Below are positions 40,893 through 50,605 of a stretch of DNA of 64,000 nucleotides, piece after piece. The notes beneath the pieces were generated by a model. That model was not told the origin of the DNA. It worked only from the letters and a program-made list of their open reading frames with translations, and did not search any database. Position numbers and translations under genes: made by a program. The DNA is from an uncultured delta proteobacterium (GTDB taxonomy: Bacteria > Myxococcota_A > UBA9160 > UBA4427). The stretch spans positions 1,152,001 to 1,216,000 of the forward strand of contig CAWGJT010000005.1 in the NCBI GenBank assembly GCA_963822965.1. The letters are read 5' to 3'. Position 1 is the first letter of the stretch, and every line of letters starts with the position of its first letter.

Positions 40893-41477
40893 TCAGTCCC
40901 GGGGCTCCCAGACCGCCGTGATGACGGCGCGTCCGGTCGCGGTGTCCAACGTGCCGAGCTCTGCCGCGCCGTCGACGCCGAGGATGGCGAAGATCGCGGA
41001 GACGGTGGCGGCCGTGCCGTCGAGGTAGGTGGCGTTGCGCATCACCGTCGGCAGGTTGTGCATCTCGAGACGCCCCTCGCAGTCGCCGATCGCAACGAAG
41101 CTCATGTCTCCCGCATCGCGGTAGATCTGGTTCCACACCTTCGAGCACCAGCCAAAGAGCCGACCCGGGTCGCGGCCGCGCAGGCGAAGGGCGGTCTGGA
41201 GGAACCTGCCGAAGAGCGGCGACTCGAAGGTCGAGGCGAGGGCGTCGCGCAGGATCGTGCGGGCGCGCTCGCGGCCCGCGAGGGCGAAGAGGTGCTCGGT
41301 GATCTCCACGTCGATGTCGGCGGGGATCAGGGAGATCCGGCTCGCCGAGCGGAGCGTCTCGGCGCTCGCGGGGCGCAGGCTCTCGCGCACGCGACGACCG
41401 AGGTCCGCGTCTACCTTGGCGATCGCGTCCAGCGTCCCCTGGACGAAGCTGGCGGACATTCTCGGACCGGCTGACAC
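40893..41477 (-). CDS. DUF2378/V4R-like hypothetical protein
   Basis: GTG start after GGAGG; helical N-terminal part and a V4R-like C-terminal pattern (VWNQIYRDAG...YLDGTAATV...ITAVW). Confidence 0.6.
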   Translation of the reverse strand: MSAGPRMSASFVQGTLDAIAKVDADLGRRVRESLRPASAETLRSASRISLIPADIDVEITEHLFALAGRERARTILRDALASTFESPLFGRFLQTALRLRGRDPGRLFGWCSKVWNQIYRDAGDMSFVAIGDCEGRLEMHNLPTVMRNATYLDGTAATVSAIFAILGVDGAAELGTLDTATGRAVITAVWEPRD

Positions 41478-41557
41478 GACGGCACCTCCGCCCCCGTAAT
41501 CGGTCGGCATCCGGCGGCCCTTGAGCGGAGCGGGGACGCGTCGCCGTCGAGGAGCGG

Positions 41558-42781
41558 TCACGCGGTGGGAACCACTCCCCCGCCCCGGACGGACGGAGTG
41601 GGCGCCGCACGGCGATGGAACGTCTCGCGCACGCCGATCGCCAGACCGATCGACACGACGAGCAGCCCGAGCAGCAAGCCCACAGCGGGCTCGAAGCTCT
41701 CGCCGTCGCCCTTCACCCACTGCATCGCGACGATGACCACGACGCCGCCGGCGTTGCCGAGCAGCATCAGGACGCCCGTGGCGAAGCCGGCGCAGCGTCG
41801 GCCCGACAGCTCGACGCACATCTCGAGCAGCAGGGCATAAGCGGGGAGGAACGAGAAGCCGAGCAGAGCGGCCAGCAGCAGCAGGCTCGCGTAGTCGCGC
41901 CCCGTACAGAGCGGCCTGGTGGTGAGCAGAGCGCCGAGCGCGCAGGCGATCACGAAGGGCTTGCGCCGCTGCAGACGATCCGAGAGGGCCGGGACCACCG
42001 CGGCGCCCACGATGCCACTCACGATCAGGACGCCCCCGAGCGCTCCGGCGCGCACTGCGTCGATGCCGTTCGGCGCGACGATGAGCTCGAGCCAGGTGGT
42101 CAGTCCGTTGAAATAGCCCAGCCCCAGGAACGCCATGGCGAAAACGATCATCAGGTCTGCGCCCACCACCTGGCGGAAGCCCCGGCTCGCGTTCTGGACC
42201 TCTCCGCCCCCGCGCTCCTCCGCCTGCCAGGCGAAGACCAGCGCGGCCGCGACCGAGACGGCGCCGAAGACCGCCATGGCGCCCGAGAGCGAGAGCGCCT
42301 CGGTCAGGAGCGGCGTCGCCGCCATCGCCAGCGCCATGCCCAGGAACATCCCGATGGTGGCGACGCCGGTGGCGACCGCGGCGTGACCCTCCTCGAACCA
42401 GTCCGACACGAGCTTCGAGACGCCGTTCATGATGAACGGCTGTGCGACCGCCACGCCCGCCTGGGCGGCGAGCAGCGTCGCGAAGCTTCCATCGGCCGTG
42501 CGCAGGCAGGCGCAGGCCGCCTGCAGCACGGCGCCCGCCAGGACGGTGCGCTTGTAGCCGGCGCGATCCACCAGCGCGCCGGCCGGCAGGGAGAGCACCA
42601 CGTACAGCAGGGGAAACACCAATACCAGCGTGCTGGCCCACAGCTCCGAGATCGCGTAGCGCGCCTGCAGCAGGGAGAGCAACGGCGCGAAGTTGAGCCA
42701 GAGCATCTGGCTCACCCCGGCCACGAAGGTGTAGGCCAGCAGCACCTTCCAGCGCCGCAATCCGTCGTTCGGGCTCTGCAT
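41558..42781 (-). CDS. MFS transporter
   Basis: About 12 TM helices, GALVDRAGYK motif A, LSDRLQRRK; GGAGG RBS. Confidence 0.9.
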   Translation of the reverse strand: MQSPNDGLRRWKVLLAYTFVAGVSQMLWLNFAPLLSLLQARYAISELWASTLVLVFPLLYVVLSLPAGALVDRAGYKRTVLAGAVLQAACACLRTADGSFATLLAAQAGVAVAQPFIMNGVSKLVSDWFEEGHAAVATGVATIGMFLGMALAMAATPLLTEALSLSGAMAVFGAVSVAAALVFAWQAEERGGGEVQNASRGFRQVVGADLMIVFAMAFLGLGYFNGLTTWLELIVAPNGIDAVRAGALGGVLIVSGIVGAAVVPALSDRLQRRKPFVIACALGALLTTRPLCTGRDYASLLLLAALLGFSFLPAYALLLEMCVELSGRRCAGFATGVLMLLGNAGGVVVIVAMQWVKGDGESFEPAVGLLLGLLVVSIGLAIGVRETFHRRAAPTPSVRGGGVVPTA

Positions 42782-42849
42782 GGGTCCTCCGGCTGCCAGA
42801 AGGACACATCGGCAGGCGGCCCCCGCGAGTGAACTGGGCGTTGCGGGTG

Positions 42850-42925
42850 GCGCGCTGGCTTCACGCTCGAGCGGGTCGAGCACGTCTTCCTGGATGTCGT
42901 GAAGACCATCCACGCCCGCGCCTAG
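42850..42925 (+). repeat. 76-bp direct repeat, copy 2 (orphan 3' end of the methyltransferase)
   Basis: gcgcgctggcttcacgctcgagcgggtcgagcacgtcttcctggatgtcgtgaagaccatccacgcccgcgcctag. Confidence 0.97.
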
Positions 42926-43278
42926 CCCCAATGCGTGATTCAGCGCGCTTTCCGCGTGCCGCAGGCCATGCCAGGCCTTGCGGATCCTGCGAGATCGCCG
43001 GAATCAGCCCGAGCGCGACGACCTCCCAGGAGCGCGACCCCAAGACTTCGTCTTGGTCTGCCTGGAGTCGCGCCTGCCGGTGAGCCCCGGAAGCTCCCTG
43101 TTCTTTCGTGCCGCAATCGCCAGCCGCGATCAGCCCAGATGGCCCCAGAGCGCGTGCGGGGACCGCCTCTCGCGGCGGAGAGCCGGGCATGCCCCTTGCT
43201 CTACTCGTGCTCCAGAGGTGCAGAGGCTCCGGCGCCGTTTGGCTGGGGGAGCGTCGTCTGGGGCCCGGGGGGGGCAGG

Positions 43279-43863
43279 ATGACGGTGCGAGAGTCCGACG
43301 ACAGGGTTGCGTATCCATTCGCGGGTGGGCTGGAGGGCGACGAACTCCTCGCCTGCAAGCTCCAGGTCGACGCCCGCATCGAGCCGGGGCGGGTCTATCG
43401 CCTACGCCCGACGAACCAGCGCTGCTGGCTCTTCCACGGAAAGCCGATGCGGCTGCTCGAGATTCGAGCGGCGTCCCACTGCTACCGGATGAAGTTCGAT
43501 CTGAGCCCCGAGGAAATTCCCGACGCCGACGACGAGCGCTGCCGCTGCGTCTACACGGACAGCTGGCAGCCTGCGGCGCTCGCCCTAACGCTCGTTCCCA
43601 TGGAGTCCGACCGACGCATGATGCACATGATGGCGTTGTGCGGCTTGGACCCCGGCATCGCCGCGCTCCGCGACGCACCGTGCGACTCCCGGATCGAAGC
43701 CGCACGGCAGCGCTGCCGGAAGTGCCCCGATGAGCACCTCTGCGACGAGTGGCTCGCCGGCCGGGAGACCGGCGACGACGGGTTCTGCCCGAACGCACCG
43801 ACCTTCCGAAGGCTGGCGGAGGAAGCGGGAGGCGGCCTCGCTTCTTCGCATCGCCCGGCTTGA
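43279..43863 (+). CDS. Hypothetical protein with C-terminal DUF6455-like Cys domain
   Basis: MMALCGLD...RCRKCPDEHLCDEWL...FCPNAPTFRRL. Confidence 0.65.
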   Translation: MTVRESDDRVAYPFAGGLEGDELLACKLQVDARIEPGRVYRLRPTNQRCWLFHGKPMRLLEIRAASHCYRMKFDLSPEEIPDADDERCRCVYTDSWQPAALALTLVPMESDRRMMHMMALCGLDPGIAALRDAPCDSRIEAARQRCRKCPDEHLCDEWLAGRETGDDGFCPNAPTFRRLAEEAGGGLASSHRPA

Positions 43864-44009
43864 GCCAGGCCGGCCTGGGTCCGAGAGATCCCCGGAAAGC
43901 GCAGTGGCTCGAGAGTGCCCCCGGCGTGGCGCGCCGGCTTGGACGATTCCGATAGAATCGCCGAGGACACGTCCAAGGCGGGTCGCGATCGGACCCGGGG
44001 GTAGCCCAC

Positions 44010-45200
44010 ATGTCTTCCGACCTTCGACTCGACGATGCGGTCGAGCGCGCCCGCGCGCTCGTGCCCCTGGCGCGCGAGGCGGCCGACGAGGCCGAACGCG
44101 AGCGGCGGCTGCCGGAGCGGGTGGCCGGTGCGATGGCCAAGCAGGGCCTGTACCGCATCGCGGCTCCGCGCGCGATCGGCGGCTCCGAGAAGCCACCCGA
44201 GACCCAGATCCGCGTGATCGAGACCATCGCCTCTGGCGACGGCGCCGCCGGCTGGAACCTCATGATCGGGATCGAGACGTTCAGCCTGCTCGGCGCGGTC
44301 TTCGCGCATCGGGCGGAGCTCTTCGCGGATCCGAACCTCATCGCCTGCAGCGCGACGTCGCGCACGGGGCGTGCCGAGCGCGTCGACGGCGGATTGCGCG
44401 TGAACGGCCAGTGGCCGTTCGTCAGCGGCTGTCACAACAGCAGCTTCTTCGCCGGCCTCGTGGCGCTGCACGAGAACGGCGAGCCCGTGCCGGGCCAGGT
44501 GCCCTTCTGGGTTCTCGTGCCGCGCGACGACTTCCAGATCCTCGACACCTGGAACGTCGCCGGCCTTCGCGGCTCCGGCTCGCACGACGTGCGCCTCGAC
44601 GACGTCTTCGTACCCGAGGCGAGCTCGGGCCTGGGAGCCTGGTCGGCGACCGGTACGCGCGGCGCAGGCGGAGCGTCTTCCGTGCCTGCGATCCTGCGCG
44701 TGCCCCTCGGCGTCCGCCTTGCCTACAACAAGACCGGCGTCGGCTTCGGAATCGCGCGGGCCGCGATCGACGCGTTCGTGGCGCTGGCACGCGGCAAGAC
44801 GCCCTTCCTGTCGTCGTCGACCCTTCGGGAGCGGCCGTCGGCGCAGCGCGCCGTCGCGCGCGCCGAGGCGCGCCTGCGGGGGGCGCGTGCGCTGGTCTAC
44901 GAGCAGACGCGCGAGATGTGGTCGGCCGTGACCTCGGGCCGGCGGCTCTCGCTCGAGGAGCGCGCCCTCTTCCACATCGCGTGCTCGGACTCGGCCCAGG
45001 CCTGCGCCGAGGCCGTCGACCTGGTCGCCCTGGCCGCGGGCAGCTCGGCCAACGTGGTGGGCGCGCCCCTCGAACGCCTCGCCCGCGACGCCCGCGTGAT
45101 CCGACAGCACGTGACGGTGGCCCCGTCGCTGATCGACGACGCCGGCCGCGTTCTGCTCGGCCTCGAGCCGGAGTCCTTCCTCCTCAAGATATCGAGCTAG
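44010..45200 (+). CDS. Acyl-CoA dehydrogenase-fold flavin-dependent monooxygenase (HsaA-like)
   Basis: EAERERRLP, VNGQWPFVSGC, DTWNVAGLRGSGSHD and LERLARD...QH motifs. Confidence 0.88.
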   Translation: MSSDLRLDDAVERARALVPLAREAADEAERERRLPERVAGAMAKQGLYRIAAPRAIGGSEKPPETQIRVIETIASGDGAAGWNLMIGIETFSLLGAVFAHRAELFADPNLIACSATSRTGRAERVDGGLRVNGQWPFVSGCHNSSFFAGLVALHENGEPVPGQVPFWVLVPRDDFQILDTWNVAGLRGSGSHDVRLDDVFVPEASSGLGAWSATGTRGAGGASSVPAILRVPLGVRLAYNKTGVGFGIARAAIDAFVALARGKTPFLSSSTLRERPSAQRAVARAEARLRGARALVYEQTREMWSAVTSGRRLSLEERALFHIACSDSAQACAEAVDLVALAAGSSANVVGAPLERLARDARVIRQHVTVAPSLIDDAGRVLLGLEPESFLLKISS

Positions 45201-45222
45201 CCCCGGCTGCCGTCGAAGCGCG

Positions 45223-46455
45223 CTACGACGCGCGCAGTGCCTCCGCGGGCGGGATCCGCGCCGCCCGCAGCGCCGGGAAGACACCGGCCACGACCGCGAC
45301 GCCCACGAGCGAGAGCGTCACGACGATGGTGGTCACCGCGTCCGGGGTCTTCGGAAGGTGGATGCCGGTCGCCTCGAGGGTCGGCGCCAGCAGCCGCACG
45401 AGCCCGAAGCCGCCGAGCGCGCCGAGCACTCCCGCGCAGAGCGAGACGACCACCGCCTCGGTGAGGAACTGAACGAAGATCTCCGTGCTGCGCGCACCCA
45501 CCGCCTTGCGCAGACCGATCTCGAACGTGCGCTCCCCGACGACCACGAGCATGATGTTCATTACGCCGATTCCACCGACGAAGAGCGTCGTGACACCGGC
45601 CACCACGAAGAACGCCTGCAGCGCGTCGAACATCCCGTAGATCGTACGCATCGAATCCCAGAAGTCCGACGACCACATGGCCGTCTCGACGGCGGGCGAG
45701 AATCGCTCGTGCAGCCCGACCAGCGCGCGCACCTGGGGAATCAGCGCGGCGCCGCCGTCCTGGTGCACGGGCCGGATCACGAATTCGTTGAACTCGTCGT
45801 CGTGGCTGAAGGCGCGCAGCGCGGTCGTGTACGGGATCACCGCCATCAGGTCGTCGCGATTGCCGCCGTTGCTGAGCTGGGACCCCTTCTCCTTTCCGAT
45901 GCCGATAACACGGAACGCGTGATCTCGAATCTGCACGCGCTCGCCGAGGGCCGGCGCGTCGCCGAACAGACGCTGCTTCGACTCCGGCCCCAGAAACACC
46001 ACGTATCGGCCACGCTCCACGTCGAGCCGCGAGAGGAAACGACCCTCGACCGGAACGAAGTTCCGGATCAGACCGGCCTGCTCGTTCCAGCCCATCACGG
46101 TCAGCAGCTTGCTGCGCGCGCCGTGCCGGACCACCTCGTTGGGCAGCATGACGTTGGGCGTCACCGCCTCCAGGCCGGTGAGGGCCTCGAGCCGCGTCAC
46201 GTCACTGGCCTCGAGCTGCACGCCGCGCGCCGCGCGCTCCCCGACGCGGTTCTTCAGCACGACGCCGCCGCCCATGAAGACGAGCTTGTTGCCGATCTCC
46301 TCGATCTCGGTGACGAAGTGGTGACGCATCCCGCCCATCTGCGCCGACAGGAACGTCAGCAGCAGCGCGCCCCAGGCGATACCGAGCGAGGTCAAAAGGA
46401 AGCGACCCGCCTGCGCGCGCAGGCTGCGCAGCGTCTCTCGGATCAGCTCGCCCAT
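45223..46455 (-). CDS. MacB/FtsX-type ABC transporter permease
   Basis: LTSLGIAWG and VGGIGVMNIMLVVVGERTFEIGLRKAVGA motifs. Confidence 0.92.
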   Translation of the reverse strand: MGELIRETLRSLRAQAGRFLLTSLGIAWGALLLTFLSAQMGGMRHHFVTEIEEIGNKLVFMGGGVVLKNRVGERAARGVQLEASDVTRLEALTGLEAVTPNVMLPNEVVRHGARSKLLTVMGWNEQAGLIRNFVPVEGRFLSRLDVERGRYVVFLGPESKQRLFGDAPALGERVQIRDHAFRVIGIGKEKGSQLSNGGNRDDLMAVIPYTTALRAFSHDDEFNEFVIRPVHQDGGAALIPQVRALVGLHERFSPAVETAMWSSDFWDSMRTIYGMFDALQAFFVVAGVTTLFVGGIGVMNIMLVVVGERTFEIGLRKAVGARSTEIFVQFLTEAVVVSLCAGVLGALGGFGLVRLLAPTLEATGIHLPKTPDAVTTIVVTLSLVGVAVVAGVFPALRAARIPPAEALRAS

Positions 46456-46492
46456 GGGGCCCCCTGCGCCACCGACTCGACCCTATTCCACC

Positions 46493-47761
46493 CTATTCGA
46501 CCGAGCGCAGCGTCAGCGCGGGGTCGATGCGCGCGGCGCGCCACGCCGGAACGAAGCCGGAGACCACGCCGGCGATCGCGATCAGCACCACGGCCGCCAC
46601 GACGGTGGCGCCCTGGATCTCCGGCACCGGGACCAGGTCGGCGAGATCCGGCGGGATCGCAGAGCGGAAGCCCGGGCTCGCGAGGAAGCGCGACAACCCG
46701 ACACCCAGCGCTACGCCGAGGGCACCGCCCAACGCCACCAGGAAGCCGGTCTCGAAGAGCAGCTGGCCGAGCACCTCGCTGCGCAGCGCGCCGACCGCGA
46801 GGCGAAGGCCGATCTCCGCGCGACGCTCGCGCACCGAATCGAGCATCATCGAGAGCACGCCCACGCCGCCGATCAGGATCGTCGTGGCGGCGATCACGAA
46901 GTTGGTGATGTTCTGCTCCTCGATCGGGATCGTCCTCAGCATCTCGACCGGGCTGAACATCGGAATCGCTTCCTCGTCGAGCGGCGGCACACCGAGGCGC
47001 TCGGCGAGGATCGCCCGCGCTTCACGCTTCGCTTCCTCCATCCGCTTCCGGTCGCGCATGCGGAGCAGGATGCTGTTCACCATCGGCTCGTCGATCCACG
47101 GGTTGGGCCACGCCGCGAGGTGGGTCGTGATGGGTACCCAGACCTGATCGTCGATCGCGTTTCCGTCGCGCGTGAGCTGCGTGCCTACGCGCCCGAGCAC
47201 CCCCACCACCTGGAAGGGGCGGCCGTCGAGTCGGATCCAGTCCCCCACCCGTCCCTCGGCACCGAGCACCTCGCGCCGGGCCTTCTCGCCGAGCACGGCC
47301 ACACGCCTGCGCTGCGAGAGATCGGCGCGCGTGAAGAGCCTCCCGTCGGCCACGCTGACACCGCGGATCGCGACGCCCTCGAGCTCCACGCCGCGCAGCT
47401 CGACGTTGCGGGCGCGCTGGTGGAATGCCGCAGCGACGTAGTTTCGCGTCTCACCGGCGACGAGCTCGGACTGGCGGGCGCGACGACGCAGAGCCTCGAC
47501 GTCCCCCCGCGTGAACCAGAGCCAGCGCCGGTCCACCGCCGGCGAGAAGTTCTCCGAGACGCGCCCCGGCCAGATCTGCACCAGGTTCTTCCCCATTCGC
47601 TGGAACGAAGCCTCGAGCATGCTCTGCAGCCCGACGCCCCAGCTCGACAGGAAGATCACGGCGGCAGTGCCCCAGACCAGGCCGAAGAGCGTGAGCGCCG
47701 TACGCAGCGGCTGGAGGCGCAGCTGCATCAGCGCCTCGCGGAGCGCTTCGAGCACGCTCAC
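46493..47761 (-). CDS. MacB/FtsX-type ABC transporter permease
   Basis: LTLFGLVWG, GGVGVLSMMLDSVRERRAEIGLRLAVGA and PAWRAARIDP motifs. Confidence 0.92.
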   Translation of the reverse strand: MSVLEALREALMQLRLQPLRTALTLFGLVWGTAAVIFLSSWGVGLQSMLEASFQRMGKNLVQIWPGRVSENFSPAVDRRWLWFTRGDVEALRRRARQSELVAGETRNYVAAAFHQRARNVELRGVELEGVAIRGVSVADGRLFTRADLSQRRRVAVLGEKARREVLGAEGRVGDWIRLDGRPFQVVGVLGRVGTQLTRDGNAIDDQVWVPITTHLAAWPNPWIDEPMVNSILLRMRDRKRMEEAKREARAILAERLGVPPLDEEAIPMFSPVEMLRTIPIEEQNITNFVIAATTILIGGVGVLSMMLDSVRERRAEIGLRLAVGALRSEVLGQLLFETGFLVALGGALGVALGVGLSRFLASPGFRSAIPPDLADLVPVPEIQGATVVAAVVLIAIAGVVSGFVPAWRAARIDPALTLRSVE

Positions 47762-48474
47762 GGCGAGAGCTCGCTGTCTCGCTCGATCTGGCCGTCGTAG
47801 ATTTCAATGCGGCGGCCGGCGCGCGCACCGATCGTCGCGTCGTGGGTCACCAGCACGACCGTGGCACCGTCCGCGTGCAGCCCCGCCAGCAGATCGAGGA
47901 TCTCGCCGCCGCGCTTCGAGTCGAGATTTCCGGTCGGCTCGTCGCCCAGGAGGATCGAGGGGCGCACGACGAGCGCGCGCGCGATCGCCGCGCGCTGACG
48001 CTCGCCGCCTGAGATCTGGTTGGGTCGATGCGTCGCCCGGTGATCGAGTCCCACACGCGCGAGCGCTTCCCGCGCGCGCTCGCGTCGCTCGCGCCGCCCT
48101 AGCTTCTGGTACACGAGCGGCAGCGCGACGTTGTCCTCGACCGTGAGGCGCGGCAGCAGGTTGAAGGCCTGGAACACGAAGCCGATCTCGCGCCCACGCA
48201 CCCGCGCGAGCTCCGTCTCGGGCAGCTCGTCGACGGCGCGGCCCTTCAGGTGGATGTGGCCTTGTGTCGGACGGGAGAGGCATCCGAGGATCTCCATCAA
48301 CGTGGTCTTCCCCGACCCGGAAGGGCCCATGACCGATACGAAGTCACCGGAGCGGATCGAGACGTCGACTTCGCGGAGTGCGTGCACTTCCTGCCCGCCG
48401 GTGACGTACGTCTTGGAGACACCCCGGAGCTCGATCAGCGGCTCGGTCGCACTCGGCGCCACCGACGCACTCAC
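47758..48474 (-). CDS. ABC transporter ATP-binding protein (LolD/MacB type)
   Basis: GPSGSGKT, ISGGERQR, DEPTGNLD and VTHD motifs; GTGA overlaps with both neighbours. Confidence 0.95.
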   Translation of the reverse strand: MSASVAPSATEPLIELRGVSKTYVTGGQEVHALREVDVSIRSGDFVSVMGPSGSGKTTLMEILGCLSRPTQGHIHLKGRAVDELPETELARVRGREIGFVFQAFNLLPRLTVEDNVALPLVYQKLGRRERRERAREALARVGLDHRATHRPNQISGGERQRAAIARALVVRPSILLGDEPTGNLDSKRGGEILDLLAGLHADGATVVLVTHDATIGARAGRRIEIYDGQIERDSELSP

Positions 48475-49544
48475 TGGAGCAGCACCTCCTCGCCCTCGGA
48501 GGCACCCTCGAGCAGCTGCACGCGCGTTCCGTCGACGATCCCGACCTTCACGGGGCGCTCGCTCGGTGGGCCGTCGCCGGAAGGCAGCGCGACGTACACC
48601 TCGTCTCCGCGGTAGCGGAGCCCGGTCTCGGGAATCGTGATCGCGTCGTCGATCACCTGCGTCACGATGTCCGCATCGCCGGACATCCGTGGGCGCAGCA
48701 ATGATGCGTCGGGGTCGACGACGTCGATCTTCACCTCGAAATACGTGACGTTCTGGATGCGCTTTCCCACCGGGGCCACCTCGCGCACGCGGCCCTCGAA
48801 GATGCGATTCCCGAACGCCTCGGTGCGGATGCGCGCGGTCTGGCCGACTTCGACGCGCGCCACCTCGTTCTCGTCGACCAGACCCTCCAGGTGCAGACGA
48901 TCCGTGGCGGCGAGCGTGAGCAACAGCGTTCCTCCGGTGACCGCGGTGACGGGGGAGACCGCACTCCCCTCTTCGGCGGGCACGTCGAGCACGCGGCCGT
49001 CCAGAGACGACCTCACGGTCGCGTAGCCGAGCTCCGTCTCGAGCGTGCGCAGAACGGCCTGCGCGCGCGCCACGCGGGCGCCTGCCCGCTCGGCCTGCGC
49101 CTTCGCCTGGTCGAGCTCCTGGGCCGAGTGCGCACCGTTCTCCCGGAGCTCGCGCGCCCGCTCCAGGTCGATTTCGGCATAGTGCTGCTCGATCTGCGCC
49201 TCGCGGAGGGCCGCGCGTGCCTCGGCGACCTGCGACTCCAGCAGATCGCGCTCGAGCTCGACCAGCAACATGCCCGCCGTCACGGCGTCGCCGGCCTTGA
49301 CGTGGATGCGATCGACGATGCCGGGGATGCGCGGCCGCACCTCGACCTCCTTCACCGGCTCGATCGTGCCCGTCGCCACGACGATCCGCTCGATGCGTTC
49401 CTTCAGCACGCGAGCGGTGGGAGACGGTGCGGGCGGAGAGCCGCCGCAGGCGAGGGCGCTGATCGCGAGAGCGAGCAGGCCGAGGACGGCGGGAGCCACA
49501 GCGCCGCAGCCCGGGGGACGGCTCGTGTCGCGGCGATCGGTCAT
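48471..49544 (-). CDS. Efflux periplasmic adaptor subunit (MacA-like), lipoprotein
   Basis: ATGTIEP..EVEVRPRIPG, VDENEVARVEVGQ and LRPRMS motifs; lipobox ALAC. Confidence 0.9.
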   Translation of the reverse strand: MTDRRDTSRPPGCGAVAPAVLGLLALAISALACGGSPPAPSPTARVLKERIERIVVATGTIEPVKEVEVRPRIPGIVDRIHVKAGDAVTAGMLLVELERDLLESQVAEARAALREAQIEQHYAEIDLERARELRENGAHSAQELDQAKAQAERAGARVARAQAVLRTLETELGYATVRSSLDGRVLDVPAEEGSAVSPVTAVTGGTLLLTLAATDRLHLEGLVDENEVARVEVGQTARIRTEAFGNRIFEGRVREVAPVGKRIQNVTYFEVKIDVVDPDASLLRPRMSGDADIVTQVIDDAITIPETGLRYRGDEVYVALPSGDGPPSERPVKVGIVDGTRVQLLEGASEGEEVLLQ

Positions 49545-49640
49545 GGAACCTCCGCGGAACCGCGGAAGATACCATCCCCCGGCTCGCGAGCGAATTCGCG
49601 AAGGAACACCTGCTCGAACCCCCGGGCGAGAAAGTGCCCG

Positions 49641-49680
49641 CGGATCTCCGGGAATCTCCGGAAGCTCGCCGCAACTCGCT
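49641..49680. promoter_or_regulatory. 10-bp-periodic direct repeats in the divergent promoter
   Basis: cggatctccg/ggaatctccg/gaagctcgcc/gcaactcgct between the efflux operon and the winged-helix gene. Confidence 0.5.
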
Positions 49681-49873
49681 CGTGTAGGAACGATCGACCG
49701 ACCGGCTACGGTGCAGCACCCGGCCTGCACCCGCCGTGCCTGGATCCGGGAACGGGAGCCCCTGGCACGGCGAATCCTCCCTCGGGAAGGTCCGCACCGC
49801 GCTCGTCAGTGTAGGATGAGCTATGGGTCGGGGGGCGCTGGACGCCCTGCGAGCGACCGTCCGGGCGTCCGCG

Positions 49874-50605
49874 ATGGATCGGATCGACGTCGTGCAGCGA
49901 GATTCCCAATCCAGTAGACCCGGTCGCACTCTCGTGCTGGGGCGATTCGTCCTGGACCGGGACGGGCCCGAGCTGCTGTGCGACGGCCAGCCCGTCGCCA
50001 TTCGCGCAACCCCGCTGCGCGTCCTCGTTGCCCTTTCGAATCGGCTTGGTCGCACCGTCTCGAAGGACGAGCTGATGGAGGAGGTCTGGCCGGGGCTTTC
50101 GGTGAGCGATGCTTCGCTCGCGACCGCAATCCGTGAGCTGCGCAAGGTTCTGGGCGACGACGGAGCGCGGCAGCCGTACATCGAAACTCTCCGGAACCGC
50201 GGCTACCGACTGACGAAAGCGGCAACCCCCGCTCCTTCGCTTCCCCGAACGGCTTCGGACGAGAGCGGCGAGGAAAACCCCGCAGCTTTCGACCTGCTGA
50301 TCCGCCTCGGACGGCGACTCTATCGAAGCGGTCGTCACCAGGAGGCTCGCGCGGCCTACCGAGAGGCGGCGCAGTCGGCGCGCCGAGACGGCGACGACGG
50401 GCGCTTCATTCAGGCGGTCCTCGAGTTTGGCGGAGATCTCGCGCATACGGCAACGGGTCCTCACCAGGCGGAGTGCGTCGCGCTTCTCGAGGAGGCGATC
50501 GCGCGCGACCGGACGTCGTCGCCGGCTCAGCTAGGAGCGCGACCCAGGACGAAGTCCCGGGTCGCGGCTCCGCCGCAAAGCGAGCTCAACGCGCTAGGAG
50601 CCTGA
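49874..50605 (+). CDS. Winged-helix regulator, probably C-terminally truncated at MITE ends
   Basis: TVSKDELMEEVWPGLSVSDASLATAIRELRKVLGDDG...IETLRNRGYRL and a short TPR-like part. The last ~25 codons are read from the repeat ends at 50531 and 50594 and the DNA between them. Confidence 0.78.
   Translation: MDRIDVVQRDSQSSRPGRTLVLGRFVLDRDGPELLCDGQPVAIRATPLRVLVALSNRLGRTVSKDELMEEVWPGLSVSDASLATAIRELRKVLGDDGARQPYIETLRNRGYRLTKAATPAPSLPRTASDESGEENPAAFDLLIRLGRRLYRSGRHQEARAAYREAAQSARRDGDDGRFIQAVLEFGGDLAHTATGPHQAECVALLEEAIARDRTSSPAQLGARPRTKSRVAAPPQSELNALGA

Larger units (their letters stand above)
35962..42849. mobile_element. Putative island (6.9 kb) bounded by 76-bp direct repeats, no integrase
   Basis: Flanking repeats; the left part (about 35960-40600) has visibly more A/T-ending codons than neighbouring genes; all four genes are on the minus strand. 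Confidence 0.6.

Noticed and set aside
41478..42809. N-terminal extension of the 638-aa ORF
   Set aside because: Alternative frame of the MFS gene with low-complexity Arg/Gly/Ala content.
35886..42925. Diversity-generating retroelement TR/VR pair
   Set aside because: Only one C/T difference, no adenine-specific variation, and no reverse transcriptase in the window.
46480..46498. accctattc duplicated at the permease stop codon
   Set aside because: A 9-bp duplication is too short to distinguish from chance slippage.
48475..50181. N-terminal extension of the 807-aa ORF
   Set aside because: Off-frame read-through of the adaptor gene; the ATPase starts at GTG 48474.
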